Source of the DNA: the human T2T-CHM13v2.0 reference genome, Homo sapiens
Length of the DNA: 64,000 nucleotides
Direction: 5' to 3' (one strand)
Assembly: GCF_009914755.1 (NCBI RefSeq)
Contig: NC_060926.1
Part shown: positions 41,037 through 52,456 of the stretch, piece after piece
Position numbering within the stretch: position 1 is the stretch's first letter
Layout: each line of letters starts with the position of its first letter
Position numbers and translations under genes: made by a program
Notes under the pieces: generated by a model
Seen by the model: the letters and a program-made list of their open reading frames with translations, nothing else
Database searches by the model: none
Told to the model about the DNA's origin: nothing

Positions 41037-42139
41037 GTAAGGAACATCAGTAACAAAGATTCTGGAGTCAGTTGATGTACTGATAGGTGAAAAATGCATC
41101 TCACCAGGTATGAGTTTATTTAATCATGGCTTTCTAGAGGTTAAGACTCACCATTTTTGCCTTATCCAGTGGATCCCAACCTGAGCTATGTATCTGCATC
41201 TCTTCAGAAACCTTTAGGGTAAGAAAGAGGATATAGAGAGTCGGGACTCTCCTGCTGATTCAAATTTAAAAACTGCTGTGTAGTATTAAAATGCACATTT
41301 TTGTCATGCCACTAGTGATGCTGTTCAGCCTGATCATGAGATATATTTGGAAACCCCTGGATCAATGTGGCCATGAGAAACTCAATGATATGTTATTCCG
41401 GGGGTATTCATGGGTTTGACTAATATATCCAAGAAGCAAGGTTGGCTCCTTCCTTGTTTCTAGTGGCCTTTAAAACTACAGTTACCAGAGAATCATGACA
41501 GATAATTAATTTTAGACTTAATCTGTAGTTATCAGAATTTTCAAGTGGAAAGATTAAGGAGAAGCGGATTTTTTTTTTTTTTTCTGGCTAGCATGGTTCA
41601 AATTTCCAGTTAGATTCTAACACACTTTTAAGGCTTTTGAACCATATGGTTTTGAATATTTTTATGTTTTTATATGCTTTGCAAGGCACTTCTAAATATT
41701 AATAGGGGTACAAATATTTGAATATAATAAGAGGAATAGCCATGTCACATACTGGAAAATGAGTGACAGATCATAATAACATTAATTAAGATAATTAAGG
41801 AAAGAGTGAAGTCCAAAGGAAAAAGATGAGTTCCTCTGAGCAAAAGCCTATTTTTAAAACTATAAAACCAGGAAATGTAAGAGCTAAAAAACAAAGTTAT
41901 CATGGCTGCTCATCTACACACTCAAGTTTCCAAGGGATACCATGGTAATGACATGGGACACCAAGTGTGTGCTGGGAGGAGTCTGGCCTTCAGATAGCAG
42001 TGGGGCATTCATGCTTCTTTTTCCTCACATGTCCAGGGAGGATAAGAGAAGTCAGAATAGCTGGAAACGTTAAAGAAAACCATGGATATACAGCAATGAG
42101 CCTCACCTGCAGTGAACCTTGGATATGTTTCAGCTGCTA

Positions 42140-42292
42140 TTAAAGTAGCATGATTGTGACCACTATTAGTCTGTCTCCCCCACATAATTGTGAGCTTTCT
42201 ATGTTGAGGTACTTATCTAATTTGTCTTTTCATCTTAGTGGCTGGCAAGCAAAAGGTTCCCAATAAAGATTTATTCCATTGATTGAATAAAT
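42140..42292 (+). mobile_element. L2 3' end
   Basis: gtctgtctcccc...attgtgagcttt...caataaagatttatt...gattgaataaat. Confidence 0.7.
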
Positions 42293-42594
42293 TAAAGTTT
42301 TACAAACTTGAAAAAAATTTTGAGTAATTTCTTTGAAAGGACAGAGGCCAAGAAAGGCCCCAGTGTAGAGAGCGTCCCTTATGTAAATGATAAAAACCTA
42401 AGCCATATCTAAGAGGGAAGAAAAAAACAACACAGCATTCTCTAAAGTGACCCACTTTCTACTTTTGTGATTTATGTGATTTATGTTCTCTTTTTTCTTA
42501 ATTAAAAAAAAATTCTGAACATCTTTAACCTGACTAGCCCTGAGAACCAGGATAGAGAATTCATGAATACCCCTCTCCAGAATCTGGGGACTTT

Positions 42595-44500
42595 TTGAAT
42601 GTTTGGTGGAATTCACAAGTGAAGTCATCCTTGGGTTTTCCTTTGTGAGGAATTCTTATTTACTAACTCAGCCTCTTTACTTGACATAGTTCTATTTAGA
42701 TTTTCTATTTCTTGAGTCAGTTTTGGAAGTTTGTGTCTCTCTAGGAATTTGTATATTTTATCTAAGATACATAATTTGTTGGCATACAGTTATTCACAGA
42801 ATTTTTTTTTTCTGGAGGGTTGACTTTACTAATTTAAATCTCTTTTTTCTTAGTCAATCTAGCTGAAACTTTGCCAATTTTTCTGATGTTTTCAAAAAAC
42901 CAATGTTTGGTTTTGTTCATTTTTTAATTGTTTATTCTTAATATCATTAAGATCTTCCCTAATCTCTATTGTTTCCTTCTTTCTGCTTGTCTTAGGTTTA
43001 ATTTGCTCTTCTTTTTCCAGTGTCTTAGGGTGGAATGTTAAATTATTGATTTGTGATCTTTCTCCTTTTTTGTAATAAGTAGTTACATCTTATCTTAGTC
43101 CATTTGTGTTGTTGTAAAGATATCCCTGAGGCTGGGTAATTTATATATAAAAAAAGAGGTTTATTTTGGCTCACAGTTCTGCAGGCTATACAGCAAGCAT
43201 GGTGATGGCATCTGCTTTTGGTGAAAGACTCAAGGAACTTACAATTATGGCAGAAGATGAAGGGGGAGCAGCTGCACCAGGCTAAAGAGGGAGCAAGAGA
43301 GAAATTAAGAGGTGCAGATTCTTTTAAACTACCAGATCCTGGGTGAGCTCATTACCACAGGGAGGGCACCAAGCCATTCATCAGGAATCAGCCCTTATGA
43401 CCCAAAGACCTCCCACCAGGACCCACCTCCAACTATGGGGATCACATTTCAACATGGATTTGGAGGGAACAAACATCTGAACTATATCACAGCTAAACAT
43501 TTTTCTCTTAAGTGATGTTTTAGCTGTACCCAGTGAGTTTTGGCACATTATGTTTTCATTGTCTTTTGTTCCAAAATATTTTCTAATTTTTCTCGTTTTC
43601 TGACACATTTTTTAGAAGATTCTAATTTCCATATATTTGAAACTTTTTTCAAAATTTCCTCTACTAATTTCTAAATTTATTTCATTAAAATTGGAGAGCA
43701 TATCTCTTATTATTTTAATGTTTTTAAATATATTGAGGCTTTTTTGTGAGCTAGTATATAGTGTAGCCTCAATAACTTTCCACGTGCTCCTGGAAAGAAT
43801 GTATATTCTGTTTTTTTAGGGTGAAGTGTTCTAAAGACGTCTATTAGATATGCTTAGTTTTAGTTTGTTTAAGTCTTTGATGTCCTTGTTAATCTTATGT
43901 CTAGTTTTTACCTTCCTTTTCTGAAAGTGGTCTATTGAAGTCTCCAACTATAATTGCTGAATTGTCTACCTCTCCCTTTAATTCTGCTTCTCTCTGAGTG
44001 GCATTCCTGCTTTACAAGAGCAGGATGCTGGATGCAGGCTGCTGCCTCTGGTCCTCTCTGCTTGCCTTTCTTAGCTGCTATCCCAGTAATCCTAGCCACC
44101 CAAGCCAGGGTAGGGCATGTGCTCTTTGAGTAGGGGCTGGGCAGAAGAGACCCCTGACCTCTCAGCAGCACAGGCCAGGAATTTAGCCTCCACAACACGG
44201 AACTAGACTGGGACTAGGAATACAAGCTGCCTGGCCTTTTTGGCCTGAGAGGGGAAAGGAGGGAGTCTGATCTTTGTGTTCTCACTCACCTCAAGTAGCA
44301 CTTCTGTCACACTGAGCTGGCAGTGCAGGGAGGGAGCAGGATGTGGGACATGGTTCAAATGCCAGAGACTTTCACAGATCTTACTGAGATTTAGTAGATT
44401 TTACTGAAAAAAAAAAAAAAAAAACAGAAACAAAAACATTTCTTCCTTTGCTACATGCCCTTAGGACAATTTTCTAAGATATTAAAGTGCTTTCTTAAAA
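42595..44500 (-). mobile_element. Old L1M: ORF2 endonuclease region joined to 5'UTR-like sequence at about 43990-44500, interrupted by MST
   Basis: Reverse ORF2 text (gtttggtggaattcacaagtgaagtcatc; tattgaagtctccaactataattg). Confidence 0.8.
43091..43489 (-). mobile_element. MSTB-like MaLR LTR
   Basis: tatcttagtccatttgtgttg...ggggatcacatttcaacatg...aactatatca; TSD catct/cagct. Confidence 0.92.
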
Positions 44501-46229
44501 AAATAAGTTTTATAAGTTATGTGTATTCCATTGGATTTGGGTCCACAGAGGGAGTTTCTCCTGCTGCCATGCAATGAATTGTCCTTCTGACATGTGTCTT
44601 TCATGATTTAATATGTTAAAACAAATAAGCAGGAAGTATCGTTCCTGTTTCTTTTTCCTCTTCCTTTTCACTAGGAGTAAATGAAAAAGAGAGAAAGAAT
44701 AATTACTAATATTACTAGTCATAGTGATGAGTAGCATATTGATATTGTGGACAGGAATTGTGCAAATGACTCTATGTTAATCTCATGATTTCTAATTCCT
44801 GTGCATGGAGGCATGTTGTCTCATGCCTTCGGGGGTTTATTGGGATACCAGTCTCTCCAGTATTATTTTGAAGATCTTCACCATTCTTATTTTATAGCCA
44901 TTTCCAGATTGCTTTCTTATTTCTATTTTCAGAGAGTAAATTCTCCCCTTTGGCAGTATTTTTTCCTCTTGTCAGCTTTCTGTGGGCACTTTTTGTTTAA
45001 AAGAATATGTTGACTAGTCCTTTCTCTTTCTCATTCCCATCTCAACTTTCCCCATGAAGCCTCAAGGCTTGTGGTTGTTTTCCAGTTTAGATTTACATTA
45101 ATGTGCAGTTCGGGGCAGCCATCTGCAAACAGTATTTCAGTTCAGGCACCTGAGTGAGGGTGTGGCTTAGCCTGGTTGCAGTGAATGTGGCTCTTCCCGC
45201 CAAGCCCAGAGCTCAGTAACAGCCACACTGGTGGTAACAACTATTTCCAGCCTTGGTTTAGAAATGAGAAAACTCATACACCACTCATTAGACCAGTGAG
45301 CTGAATATAGGCGCAATTCATCTGAAAGACCCGTAGATCCACTTTAGTTGAATTCCTGGCCACCATTGACTGGTTCTTGTTTCTACATTCAGGGCCACAT
45401 AACTGCAGCACTTCAGAGCTAGCTTATCAGGGGTGCCCATTCTTTTCCAAGTTAGGAAGATGTGTATTACTTTATTGTTGTTTTTGTATACGTATGAGTG
45501 CATATCCATATATAATAACATATTTTGTTAATAATTGCTTTATGTTTTAGGTAGGATAGGGCAAACTTGCATAGGAATTTATATGTCATCTTGAATGTAA
45601 TTTTTCTAATCACTTTATTATTTTCTCTAACGTTTATTAAAATCATTTTGAAATAGGTACTAATCTTCCCCTTTTGTAATCAGGTAAAATGAGTCTAGAA
45701 TAGATTATGTAACTTTTGTGGAGTTTTAATGCTATTTTTGCTAAAACCACTTTTTGGCTCAGTAGGTTTTAAACAAATACACAGGTGTTTTCCATTTCAC
45801 AATACTAGGGAGAAATCTAAAAATAATCCTTCAAATTATTATATATTTTATCTGGAAAATATTTTTTTAAACCTTTTTCTTTAAACTATACATATAGTAA
45901 ATATTTTCAGGCCAATATTACAGAATTTGATTTTTCCTATTTAGGTAGAAAGTATGCTACTTCAATCTCATTTTTTATAAGTTGCTTTATTCATAATTTA
46001 TTTACTTTTATCAGATAATAGGTATAGCCATCTGGCTATAGTTGTCTTCTTAACACCTTATAAAGTAGACTAATACAATTAAGTAATTGTCTATAGCTCA
46101 GGGAAGGTTAGTTGTAACTACCGCAGAAAAGTAGAATACTACAAAAAAAGGCACCAGTATTTATAATTGTCAAAGCTGCAGAAGCAGTAATTTAAACAGC
46201 ATGAGCTGTATCTCACTTGCACAATTTGT

Positions 46230-46560
46230 GCACCACTGCGTCCCTGCAATTCTGTGATCCACGTGGTTTCAGCATTAAGCCCAAATAGAGATGGTAAAGC
46301 ACTTTAAAGCAGAATCAAACTTATTCTCCTGGAGAATCACCTCAAACTATGTTCTCTTGTTTAATCAAGATATTAAAATCAGGGAGGCACTATGAGCCTA
46401 TACCTTATGAATTAAAAAATTCTGTGAAGTGGCCGGCTTTGGGATTGCTGACAGGCAGCTGTGATTCGGATGCACAGGAAAGCACCATTTGGCACGATGC
46501 TAGAGGAGGCGGCTCACACCAACCGCTAGCTTTGTGGCCGGGAAACCATGGTCTTAAATC
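46230..46560. promoter_or_regulatory. Candidate regulatory element: CpG-retaining, E-box CCACGTGG
   Basis: Local CpG excess; CCACGTGG 46259-46266; TGACAG and CAGCTG near 46450. Confidence 0.4.
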
Positions 46561-46740
46561 CAGACTCTGCCAGTTGTTGATGGCGGACCTAAGATAAGTT
46601 AGTGAAGCTTGCTGAGCGTCAGTTTTCTTACCTAAGGAAGAGGACAACAGCATCTCCTGTGGTTACCGAGAGGATTAGGATTCATTCCACGTGTAACGTG
46701 GCTGGCACTTGTTGGTACTCAATAAATGGTAGCTAGAACA
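46545..46740 (+). mobile_element. MIR SINE with retained CpGs
   Basis: ttaaatccagactctgcc...ctgagcgtcagttttctta...ggtactcaataaatggtagct. Confidence 0.85.
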
Positions 46741-47415
46741 CGATGACTACTCTCACCTGGAAGGAGAAGATTTAACCTTCTCTAACCTCGTCCCCAGATA
46801 TTTTGTGGAAAGATGCAAGGTCTATCTGTCAAATAATTTCAGAGATGTGCAGCTTGTCATTTTCATGACTCCTCTACCACATGAATGGAAGTAAAAAAAT
46901 GCATCTCATTGCTGTGATTAAAATTCTATTTCAGGGAGCAGGGAAAAATACAAAACTAACCTGAACACCCACACACAAACGGATAAACACATGTTTAACA
47001 GCTTATTTACAAGGGACATCCCAGTTGACAATTTTGTGGGTACTCAAGAGTCATTTCCACATTTCTGTAAAAATGACATTTTTTTTTTGGTTACTTTAAA
47101 TGAACCTTTGCATTTCTTGCTTCTGAGGGGATGGCATGTTGTTAGTTATATAGACATCAGCGGAGTGAATGACAATTGCTTTCAGGTAAGTCAAGAAAAC
47201 AGCCAAGGGAGCTGTCAAAAGATAGCAAGTAGTGCCTTCAATTCCTAAACCCCCGCAGTTGTCCAAGGGAAGCCTGCCTGCAGAAGGACCTGAGCCACCG
47301 GCCAGCTCACTGATTCCTGTTCAGCCAGGAATGCCAAATGCACAGTCAGACCAGGCTCCTGTTCTCCAAGAAAGCCCTCCAGGAAACAAAACATTTTGCT
47401 AGAATCTTCCAACAG

Positions 47416-47471
<56 letters not shown>
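47416..47471 (+). repeat. Compound (A)n(TA)n microsatellite
   Basis: About 28 A followed by about 13 TA units. Confidence 0.97.
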
Positions 47472-47719
47472 TCTGCTGAAATTGTTGCCACTTGCCTATT
47501 TCCATCCAGGAATTCCTCTGGAAGGGTTTCAAGCTACTAAGAATCACGAAAGACAATGAGAAAATCTGAGTACACTATAGGTTTTCCCTTGCGTCCTGAG
47601 ACAAGCCATCACGTGCATTGCAGTGTCTTAGCATCAAAACCAAAGAAATATGCTAGTTAGGGAAAAAAAGATAACCATATTATTTTCTTTCCCAGATGTA
47701 CAAAATCTGGCACTGTGGG

Positions 47720-47746
47720 TTTTTTTTTTTTTTTTTTTTTTTTTTT
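47720..47746 (+). repeat. Poly(T) tract
   Basis: About 27 T. Confidence 0.97.
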
Positions 47747-48434
47747 GCCAAAAAATGAAAATTAATTTGGAGATCAAGAGAAAAATAAATCATCAACACA
47801 AGCCCACAAGCCACTTAGAAAGGAAGAATTTGGCCAGGATACAGGTTGTTTCTCCTTTTCCACCGGCTGCTTTCTCAGTTTTTAGAGTGCAATGAGCAAA
47901 AAGGATTTTAAATATCATCTAAATAACAACATACCACATGGAACCCCCCATCCTCAACAGATATCACTTTTTGCACAAGCCCTTATTGTCAATCAAATGC
48001 TACCATGAAATTCGTCTGAGGAGCAGCAGTTTTACATGCCACATTTTCACACATCGTACCATTTTATGATTACATATCAAAGACATTCACAATGCCAACC
48101 AATCTGTCAGCATTTAAATGAGGCATTTGAAAAAAAGAAAAAAAGTCAGACAGCATAAATGTGATGAATGCTGCAGCACTCTGAGCCATGCTCTGAAAGG
48201 AATGTGATGTACCTGTGTTCCTTCCTACTGGTCTCCTGCTGTTTCTTTTGGTGAAGCAAGATTAATCCTAAGCATTACTTGTGTGGGGAAGATTACATTT
48301 CCTTTGAAGAATATAAACTAGAAATATCTCCCAAATTTAGCCCACACCTCTCCTTTGTTTAATATCTATATCCAAGGCTTGCTCAGGCAAAACTGCAAAG
48401 GCAACACATTTCACTTCTAGTGCTGTGTTTCGAA

Positions 48435-48595
48435 GCAAGTGGCATAGTGTTTAGAGATAATTTTAGAGCCAGACTGACCTGGGTTTCAATATTAGCTGTA
48501 TCATATACTAAATATATGACAAGGCAATTCAGTGGAGCTCTAAGAGCCTCAATTTCCTCTTCTGTCAAATAAAAATCATTATGCCAATCCACAGT
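48435..48595 (+). mobile_element. MIR SINE
   Basis: agagccagactgacctgggtttcaat...gagcctcaatttcctcttctgtcaaat. Confidence 0.8.
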
Positions 48596-51500
48596 ATAGA
48601 CATGTCTAAATTCTCTTACCCTACTGATCTTGGAAAAAAAGTCTTAAACATAAAATCATGGCATACAGAAGTCTCTTTTTTGGTGCCAACCTACTTCATT
48701 TAGATTCATCTTTTCTACTTTTGTCATCATTTTCCACATTTTCAATGTCTTTATTTTACCCTGTTACTGAATTTTATTGTAGCTTCATCAAATCTTTGCA
48801 GAAAAGGAAGAATGAGTAATTACAAGAACATGAAATGCCCACAGGTTCTTTATTCTCACAAGGGTATAAAGTACTGATAATGACTCAGTGTGCACTTCCA
48901 CTGATCATTCAGCCTAAGGACTAAAGCTTTTATGGTGAAACTTCAGGCAAAATTAGAAAATACAAAATCATAATGGACATGTGGGTAGGGGGTGAAGCCA
49001 GGAAAGGCATTTGGTTGTTTCCAGTGTCTCTGAAATCCTACCATACGGGGACGTTTGCTCCATCCTACAGTCAGGTCAACCCTGCCAATATGGGATATTG
49101 AAACTACTGAGATTTCATCTGCCCAGTTGAATCAGAACTGAAAGGATCAGTTCAAACCAGATGGACTGGAAAGCTGCAGCAATATCCTCTGAGAGTCTCT
49201 GTTTGAATTTAAAGAGCCCTGCACCACCAGGGCGTGGGAGTCCTAGGAGTTCTTAAGAGAGCCTCCAGCTCACCTGCCACCACCAAAAATCTGAGCTGCA
49301 CTTTGCAAGGGCCTGACAGCACCCCATTAGCTGGCTGGGTCTGGTTGCACAGCCTCTGTGGCTGGACTTACAGCTAGTTTCAGGGCGAGAGTAGGACCTG
49401 GGAGATGCAGACAGGATGATGAAAACCCTGGTGACAGCTATGTGAAGTACTTTCCAGGAAACATGAGGCTCAGATATTGAAGAGATTAAGTACAAATATT
49501 AAGTTTACTGATCAAAGACAGGCTAAGGGTCATTGAATTTGGACTCTGATGAGGAATCAGACTGTCTGCATACCAGGCACTCGAGGTACATTGGATGGCA
49601 TGGCTGTCTTAGCCACCATGAGTGACATAATTCTTTGAGTACTGGGGCCAAATGCGTCTGCCCATGATGAGCTGATGTACTGAGTCTAATCAAAGGCAGG
49701 CTTCACTGCCTAGTCTCTCTTCCTGGATGCAGGTAGGATGAGGGTGTGGCCCATGAATAGGGTCCTGAAATCTAGAAGTCAGGACAAGCAGAACTAACTT
49801 ACAACTTTAAGCAACAAGGGGAGAATGCTTTGAAATTCCAGGGACAGGATTAAAGCCCTATGTGTAAGTGCCAGAAGCCAGCATGGGATCACAGGACAGG
49901 ATTCAGCAAGAAAGGCTTTTCTAGACAAGGCTGGTGATTGCGAGGTGTGGGACTGACAGGCTCAAGGGAGACTACCCCCTGTGCCCTGCAGGCAGAAGAA
50001 TGGCCTGCAGGAACAGAGAAGAGCCAAAGAAGCCAGGCGCCCACTGCACAGCATCAGAAAGGGGCTCTGTCAGTCCCACCCAGAGGAGGAATTTGTTGGA
50101 CAAGAATGAGAAAACGCCCAATTCAAAGAGGTTTAGGTAGGCTGGATTGAAGATTCCAGACAGAGAACCCTGCGAGACCAGGCAACGAGAATGACTCCAC
50201 CTGAGGAGGAGACTGAGAGAAACTGAGCCACACACGACAGTGCCAAGGATAGAGTGAGAGGAGAAGCGGGGCACATGATGTGAAAGAAGATGGGACAATC
50301 TCCCTCTCCCCAGGGGAACCAGGTGGGCCTGGGAGATGCCAAGCCCAGTGGCCCTGGAGAAAGACAGGCAGGGACGAGGAACAGTTGGCACAGTACCTGA
50401 GTAATGATGGAGCCAGGGGAGGCATCTGGGGAGTCAGGGGACCTGGAGCAGGTTTCAGGTGCAACAGGAAACAAGAAGAAAGGGGGCACTGGGAGCTAAG
50501 TAGAGGAGATTTTGGAGAGAGAATCTTCTACCTGGTATGCAGTGTCAGGCATCCACTCTGAAATGTTTTGGGATCTCCACGGATGGTTTCAGGAAATGAA
50601 ATGTCCTAATTATGATCAAACAGAGCGCCACTCACCAAAAATACAGATATGTCATTAATTTCTTCTTTTTCACATGGGAGGCCCCCACCACATTGCAAGC
50701 CCATGATCACAATCCCATTGTAAATACAAGAAAATATAAGAAGAGAAAGCATGAGAGGCTAGGGCTTTTGCTTAAATAAACACAGCTAGAGAGGAACTGG
50801 CCTGGTGCAATGACTGGCACTAATAAGTCCTTAATAAGCATGATGAATTTGACTTCTTTTAGGCTAGATGAAAATTTACCATTAAAGTTTTATATTTTCA
50901 GAAAATATGGAACTAATATCCTAAGTTCTGTATTTATGGAAGCATCAAAATAGAGATATTATTTCAAAATGTAATCAATTTTGTGAAAAGAATAGCCAAT
51001 AAATATATTTGTGGTCCATAAATAAATTTTTTCTAAGTTATCCAAATGCATTCAGTTTTTGTTGCAGATCTTGTTTTCATATATGTCATTATTATAATAA
51101 ATTTCTAAATCTCCCATTTATTTTAAGAAATATCTTTATATCAGTCTTACTAATGTAAGGATTTGGTGAATTATTTAATTCTAAACTTTTAGGTAATTTG
51201 GCAATATAGCCTGTTAATAGTGTATGAATTTAGTAGATTTTTTAGTGTAATGAAATGTAGAAATTAGGAAGACCCTGAGTGACAAATCCAAATCAAGTAT
51301 CTGGTTTTATACATTACACCATACATCATAATTATAAATTTAAGAGTAATAAATTTTATTACCTGGTTTTAGAGATATCAGCTAAAACTTAGCACTGTTC
51401 ATTTGGCTGATTTTCCTGTCTTAAATTATTCTCCTAATATTTACCATCTAGAGTATGTACCATTTCAAAGTAGTGTTGTATTATTCTAGTTAGTGTTAAA

Positions 51501-52139
51501 AACTCATTTTCTAATAGCTTTACCGAGTCAAATAAGCTAGATGACACCAATGTCCAAAATCCATATCGTATTATTTCATTCTCATCTCATGTCTGAAAAA
51601 AATGATATTGTGGTGCATGTAAGACTCTCACAGCTTTGGGATGCGCATCTCTGACCTTTAAGTCCTGTTTGGGCCAATGTACCAATATCACTGACTCTAC
51701 ACATGCATCCTCAGGACCTTTCAGCCCCTGCACCCATTCAGTGGAGTGCTTATTAACCAATTATTTATTTCTAAAGTAAAGACATAGGTCTCATTTACAA
51801 GACCAGGTGAAACTGGTAGGATATTTATCAAGAACAGCTAAACACTGGATAATCAAAACAGTAAGCACAAACCATTACAGAAGTAGGAAGTCCAAATGAT
51901 GGTACATTTTGCTGAGCCAAAGTTGTGATATGTGGCCAAAACTGAGAAAGGGACTTCAATGTTTGGTGCATTTGGAGCTGTTGTAGCTCAGGGAGTTAAG
52001 GGGAATGGATTGAAGCCAATTGTACAAACTGAGCTTGAAACCACCAACACCAGGAGAGCACCTGAGCCTGCAGACATACAGTAGAAATGACAAATGTCTG
52101 AACTTTCCTGGGACCAGCCTAGCTTGTAGTAACTTTCTT

Positions 52140-52173
<34 letters not shown>

Positions 52174-52456
52174 AGATGGATTTTCGCTCTTGTGGCCCAG
52201 GCTGCAGTGCAATGGTGCAATCTTGGCTCACTGTAACCTCCACCTCCCAGGTTCAAGTGAGATTCTCCTACCTCAGCCTCCCAGTAGCTGGAATTATAGG
52301 TGCCCACCACCACACCCAGCTAATTTTTGTAGTTTTAGTAGTGACGGGGTTTCACCATGCTGGCCAGGCTGGTCTCGAACTCCTGACCTCAAGTGATCCA
52401 CCCGCCTTGGCCTCCTGAAGTGCTGGGTTTACAGGCATGAGCCACCACATCCGGCC
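52140..52456 (-). mobile_element. AluSq/Sp-like with long T tail and TSD
   Basis: tttcgctcttgt diagnostic; TSD cttg(t/c)agt(a/g)actttctt. Confidence 0.97.

Noticed and set aside
49663-49685. ATGATGA...CTGA resembling snoRNA C/D boxes
   Set aside because: Boxes too close together and no terminal stem.
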